From NCBI RefSeq assembly GCF_036971445.1, contig NC_091470.1:65534001-65598000 (forward strand): a DNA stretch of 64,000 nucleotides, given 5' to 3'. The notes beneath the pieces were generated by a model. That model saw nothing but the letters and a program-made list of their open reading frames with translations, did not search any database and had not been told where the DNA came from. Source of the stretch: Narcine bancroftii (lineage: Eukaryota). The stretch's first letter is position 1. Every line of letters begins with the position of its first letter. This document shows positions 49,728 to 62,846 of this stretch, piece by piece. The position numbers and the translations under genes are program-made.

Positions 49728-52700
49728 TAAGCTGCTGCCTCCATTGGGTGAGTGAATAGCTGTAGACGGGGTACCTACCAAGCAGGCTGTGATGTCTTAT
49801 TCTGATTCACCAGTGTTCTTGTATTTTAGCCCAGAATAGATATGAATATATATATGAATACATGAAATATATGAATATAAATGAAATATACATGCCAAGT
49901 GTTCAGCTTTAATTGCCTCACAACTGACAACCCTCAACATCTAACCACTCAACATCTGAAAATTAGTTCTGTAAATGAGGCACCCAAAGTGGGATTGATG
50001 CATTTGGAATTGTATCCAGGGATCAATCAGCAGCTTTATGTGGACAAACTCTCAGGAAGCTAAAACTTTAATTACGTTCATTTGTTAAACACAGTAAAAT
50101 TTTGAGAGTCAAGACTTTTCAAGGCAGGTCAATTCAAAGTCTATTTAAGTTTCACAATGAATCCATTTTCAATTTAATATTTGCACCATCAAAAAAACAC
50201 ACCTTTTCTGCTAAAAATGTCCATATGTCTTTCTGTAAATTGTTCAAATGTTTCAATACAAAAAAAAGTATTCTGGTTATGAGTTATCAATTTATTTTGT
50301 TAAAAATAACAAATCAATAATCAGGATTCGTTACCTTAGAGTCCACCAATGAGCCACAAAAAATACTTTTGAAACACAGTCAGAGTTGTAACATGGAAAC
50401 AAAATTAAGCCTTTCAGGCTCTTAAGCCTTTCCATAAGTCAATTAAATCAGGGTTTATCCGTAACTTAATACTAACTATACACCTTCATTCCAGATACTG
50501 TTGCCTAACATCCATCAGTCTTGCTTCTAAAATCTAATGGGAAGGATGTATAATAATAGCTTAACCACCAGGGGAAATTGTTTTTCCTCCATAAAGTTCT
50601 TTTATTTTAAACACCTCAATTTAGTCACGCCTTAATCTTCCATACCTCAGGGAATAAGATCCTAACCAATGTGATTTTATGTAATATTTCCTACAAATCC
50701 TGTTGAATGCTGCCCAGGCCAATATATTCTTCCCCAGTCAGTTAGCTTAATACAACTCCCATATCAATTCAAGTCTTTTGTATTCAGACCCCTTCACTTG
50801 AAGAGACAAATTATTGCAAGAAATATGCAACAAGGTCAGGAAGAATCCATACAGAGAGAACCAATAATGATTTCAAACTGAAGTATCATCCTTTAAATTG
50901 TTTTGGTCTTTAGAGAAGTCCAACCCATCACTTTGTCCCCCGAAAATGCAGCAAATACTTTATAATCTATTTAGTAATGTTAGTCAAGAGATAAGCATTG
51001 GCCAGAACTGAAACGGAACTATTTGGACTCCTTCAGAAATTGGATTTAATATCTTACTTAAAATCATAGCTCTCTGTTGAAAGATCAGCCCTGAAGATAT
51101 GCTCAAGTGCAGCAATAGGGTCAGACTGTGCGGTTCCGTACGAAAGTATCACTATTCTCCAAAAAAAAAATCCTTCCACACTGAACTGAAGGTACAATTC
51201 CACCTTAATGAAGTGTGCTTGTTTGTAATTCCACCTTAACTTACTTTAGTGCAACTTGATCATGAGCTTACACCACTTTCTGTCTATTTGATTCCTGGGA
51301 GGGGCTCTGCTGTCAGTCCTGGGAGAGAACTCACTGAAAACAGTCATCCTTGCCTGCGGCTACTATTTACCTCTATTTCTTTAAGTGGTTATATCTCCTT
51401 AAACTACTTCATGATTTCTTTCAAAACAAATTTGAACTCTTGTGGACAGTACTTTCAATTTTAAATAAAACATTTACCATAGAGAGTACTTGTACAAGTT
51501 TTAAAAAATTAAGAAATGTTAAATTCAGTTAAATTGCTTTTTAACTTTTACAAGGAAAGAACCCTTGTTCACAAAATATCACAACTTTGGAATATTAATG
51601 ACAGAAACCTAAGAAATGCTCGCTGACAAATTTGTCAGGTAATGATGATTCAGCAACTGACTCACTAACCCTCTAACCACCATGTTGCCTTAACTAGTGA
51701 GGTTCCTGTTATGCAAATACTTTTGTGAGTGATGGCTGCAGGCCAGATGTGGACAATAAATGGCCCAGATCTGACCTTATTTTCAGTAATTCTAAGTCTT
51801 TCCCTGTCATAGCTTGTGGCTTCACATCCTGCTTCTCATGAAAGATTAATCGACTGAACTGTCTCACAGGTGGTCACATGATGCAATACCAAAAGCAGAG
51901 GATCTATATGAATGACTTGAATGATAAATAGCAGTTATCGGGCAGGGACTTGACTTTAATTATATATGAGGGAAGGGAGAAATTAGGACACATTTCAGCA
52001 AGGATAAAATACAAAAGCCTGCATGATGTAACTAGCAGCTAGTATAACTGATGCTCTAATTGTGTTTGTCTCAAGCCAAGATGGCTGCCAGCCATTGATG
52101 AAAAGAAGCCTGAAGCTACGAAAGAGTTTCCATTCCTTTTTATGCCACATCAAGGTACCTAAAAAAAAAATGTGAAAATAACAAGCTCAACAAATGTCTT
52201 TAATATACACAGTTCCATGTATGTTTCTCCATTGTATAATAATGTACTAGGCTCATTTTCTTTGTCATAATGTTTCAGGATTAATCAATAAGGAAATTCC
52301 ACCTGATATGCCAAACACTCCCAGTAAAGGAAAACTAATTTATTTTATATATACGTGTAAGATTTCTGGTAATTTAAAGAGTTTTTTTTAATACATCCTT
52401 TTAATTGTCTTCATATTCCTGCAATTCTTTTTAAAGTTTCTACTCATTTCCTTCTTTTTAACTTTACCTTAATTTTGCTTGAAACACAATTGTTTGCAAG
52501 CTTGGACAGTAACAATGCAGTTGAAGCTAAATTAAAGTTTAATTGGTTTCAGAGTATTTTGACTTTTGTTTATTAATGCTATCTCTCTTTTATATGCCTG
52601 CCTTGATCCCAAAACAAGGTTTCTATTTTTCAATTTTTTTCTGTTAACAATGCTTTATTTATCGCTACATTTGCAATGTTGTTAATACTTTACAAAATAA

Positions 52701-53694
52701 AATTTTACATCATAGAATTGGAGTATCAGGCATTCTCTTGGTCAGCTAATTGAATTCATGTTGCTTATATGGCAACACACTTCGAGCACCATGTTTTTAA
52801 AATTAAACAAAATAAGGAGTTAAATATATTTTTGTCGAACCAAAGCTGAAACAAAATGATAATACAATGCCAAATACTGCTCCAGAAAAACTGGAAAGAC
52901 TCCAAACAGTGCATGTTCCTGTTCAAAGCCAAAGAAGTACTGTATATCATTTCAGTGCCCCAGGGACTGGTGAGGAAAGGGCAGTCAACTTGCAGATCAA
53001 ATAAAAATGTTCACACATTCCAAGGAAGTGGAAAAATGGCTTTCTATAAAAACAAAAGTCAAATGGATTGATTTTTTAAAATTTGACATTTGTAAGTAGT
53101 ACTTTTAAAACCTGATGCAAATAGAGTTTTTTTTTAGGTAGAAATATTTGTTAATAATAGCATTGTATATTAAATACTCATGATATTTCTAGAGATCCAG
53201 CAATATATGAAATCACTTGGACATCAAACTCCTTTGGAAAAGGCAAAAATGTGCAGTTAACTACCGTCATTCAACTATTGCACCAATTTGAAAGATGTTC
53301 TGATCTGTATCTATAAAAATATAGTGTATATATTTTATTTAATAAAATTAATGTTTAGATTGTATTAAATTAAAAAAATTAAACAGAACAGACATTTTGT
53401 AAAGCAAATGTCCATGTATTGACAGAACGTCTTAATCCTGTTGCTGTGAGTTACTGAAAATGTTAAGAAAACTGAGCATTGAATACTTTGAGTTAAAAAG
53501 CATAAGAGATAAAATTAGAGTTTTATCATAAAATATTTTTGTGAAAGGAGCTGTCTTTTCAAGATAACGAATTCTATCTAACATAAATTTAAATCCCTAT
53601 TGAAAAATGTCACACACATAAACTAAGTGTTTGAAAAGAAAATGAAACAAAATCTTTATTTTATGTCAAATGAAGAAATGAACAAATATTAATG

Positions 53695-53885
53695 AAATAA
53701 AAACAGAAAATACTGGAAGCATGGCAGGCAGCATCTGTGAAAAGAAGAGTTAACATTTCAAGTTGAAGAAACTTCTGATGTGAAATGTTAATTCTGTTTC
53801 TCTCTCCACAGATGCTGCTTGGCCTGCTAAAAGTGTCCAACATTTTCTGCTTTTGTTTCAAGTTTCCAGCATCTGTAGGTTTTTT
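53695..53885. mobile_element. Penelope-type fold-back terminal remnant
   Basis: Imperfect palindrome: aaacagaaaatactgga..gcagcatctgtga..ttaacatttca / tgaaatgttaa..cacagatgctgc..cattttctg. Confidence 0.55.
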
Positions 53886-55754
53886 TTTTAAAAAGAAATA
53901 TTTTCATGCAAGTTTATGAAGGCATCATTTCAAATTTCACTTCACTGAATATAGTTACATCATGAAAGGAGGTAATTTGGACTATTTGGCCCACATCAGA
54001 TCTACAATTGATCTATCTAAATGAGTTCATTAGTCCGTCAACTCCCCACAGCCCTACACATCCTTTCCTTTCTGATAGTTATCAAACTCCCATTTGAATG
54101 GTGCAATTTAATCGGTCTTCATAATAATCCCCTGGCAGTGCATCCAGACCTAAGCCATTCATGTTTTTTTTTCTTTTTTTTATTCTTTTGCCCTTATTTT
54201 ATCTTCTGTATGAGACTCCACACTTAACTATTTTCCTACTGACCTTCAAAATGGAACTAACTTTATATATTTATTGAAATTTAAAAAGAGCATGCTGGTA
54301 TAATCCCCAAACCCTACATTTAATAATTTCAAAATTAGTATAATATTTCATCCATTTCATAAGCTGACCATCTATATGCCTCAAATTCCCTTGAGCATAA
54401 ATTTAAATGCCCTCCATTACCTCACTCTTCCCTCCATCACCCTTACAAACAACTTGCACTACACCCACTCTCCAGTTACCGGACTCTGTCATCTGTACAT
54501 TTCAACTCTGCTTACATCTTACTATCAAAATTTCTTAGATTTATTAGAATCTTTCCTCACACATCTCTAGTCCTTTAAAACCTGCCCTCAAATCAAATTA
54601 TTGTTCTTTTAGTCCATCCTATTCAGAATGCTTGTCTTCCTACTGATGTAAAGTTCCTTGGGACTTTTTTATGCAATATTTGCACCAGATAGATGTAGTT
54701 GTTATTGCAGCTGTTTTGTGAAATAGTCATAATGTTTCAACTTTATCTCCAAATAGCTTTCCATTGAAAAATCTTCTGTAGTTCACAATTGAAGAAATGG
54801 TCATTGTAAAGATAAGACTATAGCATGGTGCCTGGATCATCCAAACCACACTGACCAATAAACGCCCTTTACATCAATACGATACTAATCCCATATTATT
54901 CTCCCAATATTCTTGTCAAATACTCTCAGATTCCAACAATGGAAAAAAACCGCAACTCCTGGACAAAACCCATGCAGTCATAAAAACAACATGCATACTC
55001 CTCAAAAATAACATGGTCAGGATTGAACCCGAGTCATAGGTGCAGTAAGGCAACAAACTGTATCACCTTTTCTTCTTCCAAATTCTTATGAAAATCAAGA
55101 GTGTTTATATATTTTTTTTTTAATTCTTATAAAATTCTCCATTTCTGGATTTCTTCCAAGATTACAAATTCCAATCCAAACATGTGGCAGTGGAAATCTA
55201 CCTCTTGTTTATTGTATTATGGAGCCACTAAGGAATTAACCTTGTATTTGGTTTTCTTGAAAGTTTGAAACTATGTCTACTCTGTCACCTGAAGAGAAAT
55301 GTGCTGGAAATAGCAGTCCTTGACTTCCCAGAAAATTCATAATGGCACCTCGCTGTTTAAATGCCAAATTATTTTTTCAATGGCTTATTCACTGCCTTTT
55401 ACAGCAGGCCTTTCAAATGTGCGATTTCATTCAATGGAAAAATAATCATGCAAATACACATTCCCAACATTGTCAAATTTAGTTCCGCTTTTATATCACA
55501 CCATTGAATCTAATGTTTAGTTTCTGCTTTAACTTTTAAAAAGTGAAAATCACCAAGAACTATCCATTCAAAGTAGTGCCTATTATCACCAAGATACAAA
55601 GAACAGCCAGATAAATTGAACAACATTCAATTTCATCATCATACCTGAATTGTATATAACCTATCTTAGGCTTCAAGTGCATCAACAAATTGCTGTATTT
55701 TGGTTTACACCAAGTTCTTCAATGGAAAAATCAAAATCTTGTTTCTTTTGCATT

Positions 55755-56125
55755 TAGACATGCAGCACAGTAACAGGCTATTTCAGCCCACGAGCCCATA
55801 CTGCCCAATTACACCATACCCCTGGTACATTTTGAATGGTGGGAGGAAATCGGAGTCCCCAGGGAAAACACACACAGACACAGGGAGAACATACAAACAG
55901 ACAGAGCTAAAACACAGGATTCTGTGGACACCGTGGTTAAGTGAAAAAACACACAAATGCTGGAAAAACTCAGCAGGTCAAACAGTGCCTTTATGTAGCA
56001 AAGGTGAAAATACATCACCAACGTTTCAGGCTTTAGCCCTTCATCAAGGTGTGAGGGAACATGACAGCTCAGGATTTGAATCCAAGTCTCGATTCGCTGG
56101 CACTCTCACAGCATTAAGCTAATTG
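55755..56125 (-). mobile_element. V-SINE interrupted by a Penelope-type end (~55945-56055)
   Basis: SINE halves flank aaatgctggaaaaactcagcaggtca..acgtttcagg..cccttcatcaagg. Confidence 0.65.
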
Positions 56126-56169
56126 CTAAATTACTCTAAAATTTTAAACGATATATTTACAATGCTCAC

Positions 56170-56415
56170 CTTGTATTTTTAAGAGCTCCACTCTAACTGC
56201 TTCATCCTTGGTTCTTGATTTATTGCTCATTATTTGTGCACTGAGGTGAGATTCCACTTTCATGGCTCTATTTACATTCATTCAATAGCAACCAGAGAAG
56301 AACTAGCAATAGCTTATTTTCACATGCTCTCTTGTTATTGTGGAGCTCTTGGTACTTCTGGTAGCTCTGGTTAGATTTCAATTTCTTATCTGCATGCGCC
56401 CCTCAGCAATATCAT
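56170..56415 (-). pseudogene. Exon-like segment of unknown affiliation
   Basis: Acceptor tgttttcAG, donor AAG|GTgagc, 246 bp (82 codons, phase 1-1). Best frame has 3 stops and ends RAMKVESHLSAQIMSNKSRTKDEAVRVELLKIQ. Confidence 0.35.
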
Positions 56416-56820
56416 CTGAAAACACAGCATGGGTTGATGACACTCCGTTCGAACTCACCATCCTTTCTTTGACTCTGTCACTTTTTTGAAAATGAATTGC
56501 ACTTAGTCTCAGTTAATTTTCTTTTGAAAGTATCATCTAACAGCTGATTAAGAGAGTAGTGAACAGAGGTAGAAGAGAATCCACATCATATTTCTCCTGA
56601 TCAGCCTTAAACCTAACTGCATGAACATTGATTTCAGACATCCAGAACTGCTGCAAGACCATCAACTCGGAGAAAGAAGCTCTCTGGTCTGCCTGAAACC
56701 TATTGGTGCAGGATTACTGCTGACTGGCACATTCCATGTTGCAGCAGTGTGTGCTGAAGGATGCACTAAGGCTTGGTGCGCCAACATGAGGCCATTGTGG
56801 GAAAGGTCCACAGGCTAGAA

Positions 56821-56993
56821 CAGCCATTCTCAACCTTATTTTGGCTATGGCCCCTTTAGGACTCTGCTCAAAAGAGTCACTTGGTTGGTTTCTTCGATAC
56901 TTCTCTCCAACCAACTACATAATTTTTTTTAATGATTTCATTCCATGGCCCCCATTAAATGTGCTGAAGCCCCCAGAGAGGCCGAATAAACTG
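56821..56993. mobile_element. hAT MITE
   Basis: CAGCCATTCTCAAC start; flanks GGCTAGAA/GCCTAGAG. Confidence 0.65.
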
Positions 56994-57149
56994 GCCTAGA
57001 GTCCTTCCATTTCTGAGCATTGAAGGGCTCAAGGTTCCAATTATGTTTAAAGAAATGAATTTAACAATGTACAGTGGTGGAAATGTATGGATATGAAATT
57101 AAGGCTGGGAAGAGACTCTGAATAGTTTTCTCTTTGCAAATAATTTACG

Positions 57150-57305
57150 CAAACACCCCAATTAACCTACATCATACATTTTGAAGGGTGGAAGGAAACT
57201 GGAGCATTCAGAGGAAACTCACGCAGACACTCCTGACAGACAGTGCCAGATTTTAACCCAGGTTGCTGGCGCTGTAATAGCATTGGGCTAACTGCTACAC
57301 TGATC
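57150..57305 (-). mobile_element. V-SINE fragment
   Basis: Reverse-complement V core. Confidence 0.6.
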
Positions 57306-58469
57306 ATGTTGTCTTTATTTATTGTAAATAAAGTCTATTTTGGTTAAAATAGAAGATTGATTTATCTCATTTTAGGTAGCCTCTATCTCTATATCGTTGC
57401 ACTGTTTTCATTTCTTCAGTCCAATGCCCCATCATCTAGCACCTCTCTGGCTTTTTTCCCCACCCTGATATCAAACCTTCCACAATAAAGTGTCCCAACC
57501 AAAAATATTGACTGACCAGGATGCTGCCTGATGCACAGAATTCCTCCCACTTCCCATTGTTTGCAATAAATAGAAGTTATTGCTGTTGAAGAAACTCAAA
57601 AATACAAGTTCTTGACTTGAAATGTTAGAGATGCTATACAAATTAAAGTTTTCGTGCTGATAAATAATTATGGGCTATTGAACAAGTAAACCACATTTTT
57701 GGCTGATTTTAGCTCACGAGGGAAAAAAAATTGGCAAAGTTTCAGCTGTTGATCATTATTCAATGACCTCTGCTGGAAATGTGAAAAATCCAGCTTGGCT
57801 AGGACGTTAAACTCAGATATAGGCTGTCTTTATTGAGTAAACTAAATATATATGCAAGCAAGGTTAAAGCTATTTTAAAAAATTGTTCACCTTTGTGCTG
57901 ACAAATGTTTACCTTAAGGGGGTTCAAATATTTCTTACTATATTTTTAAAGCAAGTTATTGTATTTCTTTCACTTTGCAGATTTACTTTCAAACACTTTA
58001 ATATGCTTGGAGATTTTTCAACAACAGTCCACATCTTTTTGATTGCACATAAATTTGACTTAGTCATGTTTTGTAGACTCAACAAAAGGATAGAAGAGGC
58101 ACAAAGAATACCAGTGATTATAACAGAGAAACAAGGACTGGTTACAGCAAAAACTGAATTCAATGGAAATTAACACAAATAGAACTTTCATTTTCTTCCC
58201 AAAAAGTAATGACTGCAGTGCGAATAGTCTTTTGAAACTGTGTAGTTAGATTTCTGTGTCATTTTCAACTATATACATTTCACCAAAAGGTTATTTCAAT
58301 ACATTGTAAATATATTCTATAGTGTATATAAAATGCAAGGCAAATGAGCTCATGCGCTTTTTTTCACAGCATGACAATCAATTCAGTACTCATTTTGTAC
58401 TGAAATTTGAGTTAATATTGTCATTTTACTACTGTAATTTGAATGCTTAGGATGACAGCAAATAAACTG

Positions 58470-58700
58470 GGTGGCACACTTAGCCCAGCGGTTTGTGAAA
58501 TGCTGTTACAGCGCCAGTGACCCAGGTTTGAATCAGACACTGGCTGTAGAGTTTGTAGATTCTCCACCTTTCTGTGTGGGTTTTCCCGGGTGCTCTCGTT
58601 TCCTCCCAACTTCCAAAACATACAGGGTTGTAGGTTAATTTGAGTGCAATTGGGTTTAAATGGCCAGTATCGACTTCAAAATGCTGTAGATAAAATTTAG
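58470..58700 (+). mobile_element. V-SINE
   Basis: ggtggcacac..ggtttgaatc..gagtttgtagattctcc..tttcctccc. Confidence 0.7.
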
Positions 58701-59496
58701 AAATTTAAAATGAGAGAAGTAAGTTATATTTAAGTGTTTAATAACTGATCATTTACTTCTGGTATATGTGTGGTGTTAAAGTTTTTAGTTTTCATTCACA
58801 CTTCTAAATGACAAGCAAAACGCAAGAACTATAAAATAAAAATGTCATATGCCAATGTGGTTTCATTTTGAAAGGCTCTCAATAAATAAAAAAAGAACAC
58901 AATTAGCCTCCTGGAAAGAGTTCAGGAAATGGGTGAAATTCCCTTCAGAAACTTTATATGGTTACATTCTACACTCCAAATTTCATGGATATTTCTATTT
59001 TGAAAAAGAAGTACCACAGCTACCATTTGGCTTTGCCTTAATAAGAGGTTATTCTTTGAAATACCAAAATATACACAAAAAATATACTTAAATGCTACCC
59101 TGACAAGATTCAGAAAACTACATCAATGATCAAAATTTTATTTTTATCCAACGTGGGATCAAAAACAAGATTTGAAAACAGGCTGGTGAAAAAGACTCCA
59201 CATTCTTGATCGTATAAAACAAAACATGAATTTAGGCCAAATCCATTCTAAAAATTTCCTATAATACATCAAACGTGATTGTTTGGCTGAAATGAATATC
59301 TGTTTTTAAAAAAAATGATAATTAAAGGAAGGCTCTCAATATACCATCCAGGAATTAAATGTAAAGTGGAATTTATTTTACAGTGGTTACATGCACAAAT
59401 TGTAGTGGGCAAGCAGTCAGTTATTTACATTGTTATACATTTTCTAATGAAAGAACTTTTCCAGACACAATGACTTCTATCTTGTTTATCTGAATG

Positions 59497-60442
59497 TGTG
59501 CCCAAGATGGCGGCACCTGCGCTCTGCAGCGGCCACGAGGGTTTGTAGACTCCAGGAGAGCTGCAGACCAGTGTAGGGCACCAGAAACAGGGTTAACACC
59601 CTAGTTGAGAAGGATACAACTCTACAGCATGGTGACCATGGCAGCAGACCAGTGAGGGGCTCAAAGGCTGAAGGACCTACACAGGGTGACTTATGGTCGC
59701 AGAACCTGCACGGGCTAGGGGCTGCTGGAGACTGGCTCAAAGAAACCAAGTTTTGGAGCCAGGATTCAAGAGGGCTGAGGGGAAGAAGGACTCCCAAAGG
59801 ACCTTTGGCATTGGAGGCTTCCTGATCTTATCGGAGATTGGATCTTGAACTTGGGTTGCCGATGAAGCAAATAGGAGTCTGTGCAGCAGCAGAGGTTGCG
59901 GAAGTGGTGGAGGCGAATCCATGGACACTCAAATGCCTCTGGAGGGACTCTCTTTTACTTATCTCTCTCCTACTAGGCTTTTTCAGGTGCATTCTACACT
60001 AAGAATGCGCTGAAGAAGCAGAAGCAGCCCTTTAAATTGCCGTTCAGGTGGCAGCGTTTAAAGCGCAACACTGGCCACCTGAAGGACACAGCTGCACAGG
60101 ATCCGGCCCCTGCCTCGTGTCAGCTGTGATCAGCAGCCTGACCCTTTAACATCCGCTTTCAGCCAGCTGCATTCAAGTGGCTGGGGGAGCCACTGAGCTG
60201 AGCTGATTATCCCTCTCAGAGGAGGGTTACGTAGCTCGCCTCAAGAGCGCCTCCTGCACATTCAGGTGGCCTCAAAACAGCCGCATATTGCCTAAACATG
60301 TGGGGCAATTGGCCACCTGAAAGTGCCTACTGTTAGAAGCAGCGGGCTCACGGAGACTCTGTTTTCTTACGGCAGACAGGAGTTAAAGTATATCATGTAT
60401 GTTACATTTTAAATGTATTATTAAGTGACAATAAAAGAACTT
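59497..60442 (+). mobile_element. Non-autonomous element (same as 20461-21066 unit) with a nested MITE
   Basis: cccaagatggcggc start, gggactctctttt internal motif, gacaataaa tail. Confidence 0.6.
59975..60328. mobile_element. PIF/Harbinger-like MITE
   Basis: TIRs AGGC..TTTCAGGTG, 3-bp duplication ACT/ACT, repeated TTCAGGTGGC motifs. Confidence 0.75.
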
Positions 60443-61208
60443 TAAAAAGAGCTAACATCAAACAAAATTTAAAAAGGGTTACAAGAAAACAGTAGCTAAT
60501 CAAATAAATTATAGATTTTAATTTTAACTTAAAAGGAAGAGGACAAAAGCCTTTATTGCCCACATGTCTAAAGAGGTCAGGAAATACTGCCTTGGTTCTG
60601 ATCAGTTTGTCTGCCAAAATGAAATGCTTTTAGATTGTACACATTACCAGTCAAGAAGCCCCAGGCTTTGAAAGAGATTGTTGACATCATTGTCTGTAAA
60701 TGGCTTGCCATGAAGCTGCAACTAATGCAAATGGAATGTTCTGAAAAACACTGGTCTTTGGATTTTTCAGCTGAGGATACTAAATCCAATTTTCATCCAG
60801 CTTTATGATGTATAATTATGAGAATCAATTTTGCATTTAAAAAAAACACAATAAAGTTAAAGGTACTTTTGATAGTCAAGTTGAAAACAACTTGGGTACA
60901 TTTCATTAATTATCCAGTGCCCTTGCTGGAGCATTGTACCCTTGCATTCCAGAACAAATCAATCCTATTTGAAAGGCAGGTTGCCAGAAGCAATGATGCA
61001 TTCAATGATACAGAAATCAAATAAGTTATATTAATTTCTGAGAAGTTTAAAAAAAAACAAAAATAGTTACAAAGCAAAAATGATGCAGAAATTTATAGAG
61101 TGCAATATTGGACATGTCTTGGAGAATGCCTTGAAGGCATCCAAAGATATTACAAAATTTAACTTTGAACTGCTGCAAGCTACAACAACCAACTCCTCCT
61201 ATACGAAG

Positions 61209-61390
61209 TGACAAAAGGCAAAGGAGGAAAAACCCAACACCCAACCCCAACCAACCAATTTTCCCCTGCAACCGCTGCAATCGTGTCTGCCTGTCCCGCA
61301 TCGGACTTGTCAGCCACAAACGAGCCTGCAGCTGACGTGGACTTTTTACCCCCTCCATAAATCTTCGTCCGCGAAGCCAAGCCAAAGAAA
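61209..61390 (+). mobile_element. RTE LINE, extreme 5' truncation (~180 bp)
   Basis: Near-identical to the 3' end of the other copies. Confidence 0.95.
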
Positions 61391-61850
61391 CCATTTTTAT
61401 CAAAATGTAATACCAACGACAATTGGGAATAGATCCAAATTGCTTAGAGAATCTGGAGCTGTATTTCAAACAACAATTAACTATTTCATGACCAAGCTGA
61501 AAGGTTCAAACAACTATTTGGCATGTGTCACATCCTCCCAGATTCCTTGCGTGTGCATATTCCATCAGATACTTAACAATATGAAAGTGTATCGCAACAC
61601 TATCAATGGTTACTTAAACAGAGACATTCTGTTTTAGTGCAAAGAGACCCTTTCAAGCTTCTTAAATTTTGTGGCACAATAACCCAATACATATAGCAAC
61701 ATATACATTTTAAATTTAGAAAAATCTTTGTGCACATCACCAAATGATTTGGGTAACCATTTTCAAAAGTACTCCAAAAGAGAACTCAGAAAATTAGAAA
61801 TCAAATTCTGAGCAAACTAAAACACCTTCAGAAATAGGTTCCCTTCAACT

Positions 61851-62138
61851 CTTATGATTTTTAGACTGCAGACATGTAACAGCAGATTTTGTTGATTGTG
61901 CCATTACATGGGCAGTCTAAAAAGGAAAGTGCAGGAATCTTTAGTCAATTCCTGCACCACAATTTATCCTGCAGGACCCCTACAACTTTTTTGGGATAGC
62001 CTGCAGTCTAAATCACACCGCAAAACTCACCTCATGAATTTAACGTCCAGCTGATGAATCAAGCCACGTTGCTCCACGTGAAAACACTGGGACTAACGCA
62101 CAAAGGAACTTAAGGCGTGCAGTGTAAACGACCACAAG
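61851..62138. mobile_element. Possible decayed Harbinger-like MITE
   Basis: cttatgatttttagactgca vs tgcagtgtaaacgaccacaag, with repeated gcagtctaaa. Confidence 0.4.
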
Positions 62139-62846
62139 GCGAGTAATTATGTTAATTTATGTTAAATTTTTCCAACATTGCTGTTTTAAAAAAACACTTC
62201 TGACTCAACCAACAACTTAAAAACAACACTTATCATTTACTAAGTGTCATTACCCATTGCCTACATCATCTTTCCTGATGGTACTTTTGGGAAAATATGC
62301 CAGTGAAGGGCAATTTTATGATGCAGACTCATTAACTTGGAACAAATTAATTTAACATGGAAACCTAGAGTGGATAGTGAGAGATTTTCCATCTTGACGA
62401 AACAAGTTCTAGGAAGGATATGGTTAAAACAACCATGCAGACTAGGTTTCAGTCAACCAAATGAAAAGGCCTTCATTTGATCCAACAGTTCCAATCCATA
62501 ATATTTGGAAAACTTCATGATTTTCTACTCCCCTGTTTCTGAAATAATCATTTTTCAAATTATTTATCAAATTGCTTTTCAGAAGTAACTATCAAGCCTG
62601 CTTCTAACACCTTTTCAGAGGATGTTCTTCAAATCATAACATCACATTGGATGAACATTTCTCCAACTGTTTTCCAATTAACATAAACCTCTGCTCTCGA
62701 GCAACTGACACACAATAAGCAATTCACGTTAATTTTTAAAAAACGAATGTGATTTTGAACCTCTACCAAACCACCCTTGGAATTTCTCTTCCTCGAAAAG
62801 CAAGACTTTATCTTCCTTTCCATTCCAGTAAAATCTTTTCTCAGTA

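Noticed and set aside
57981-58173. Plus-strand exon candidate (FTFKHFNMLGDF..)
   Set aside because: Acceptor present but donor weak, no homology recognised and no partner exons.
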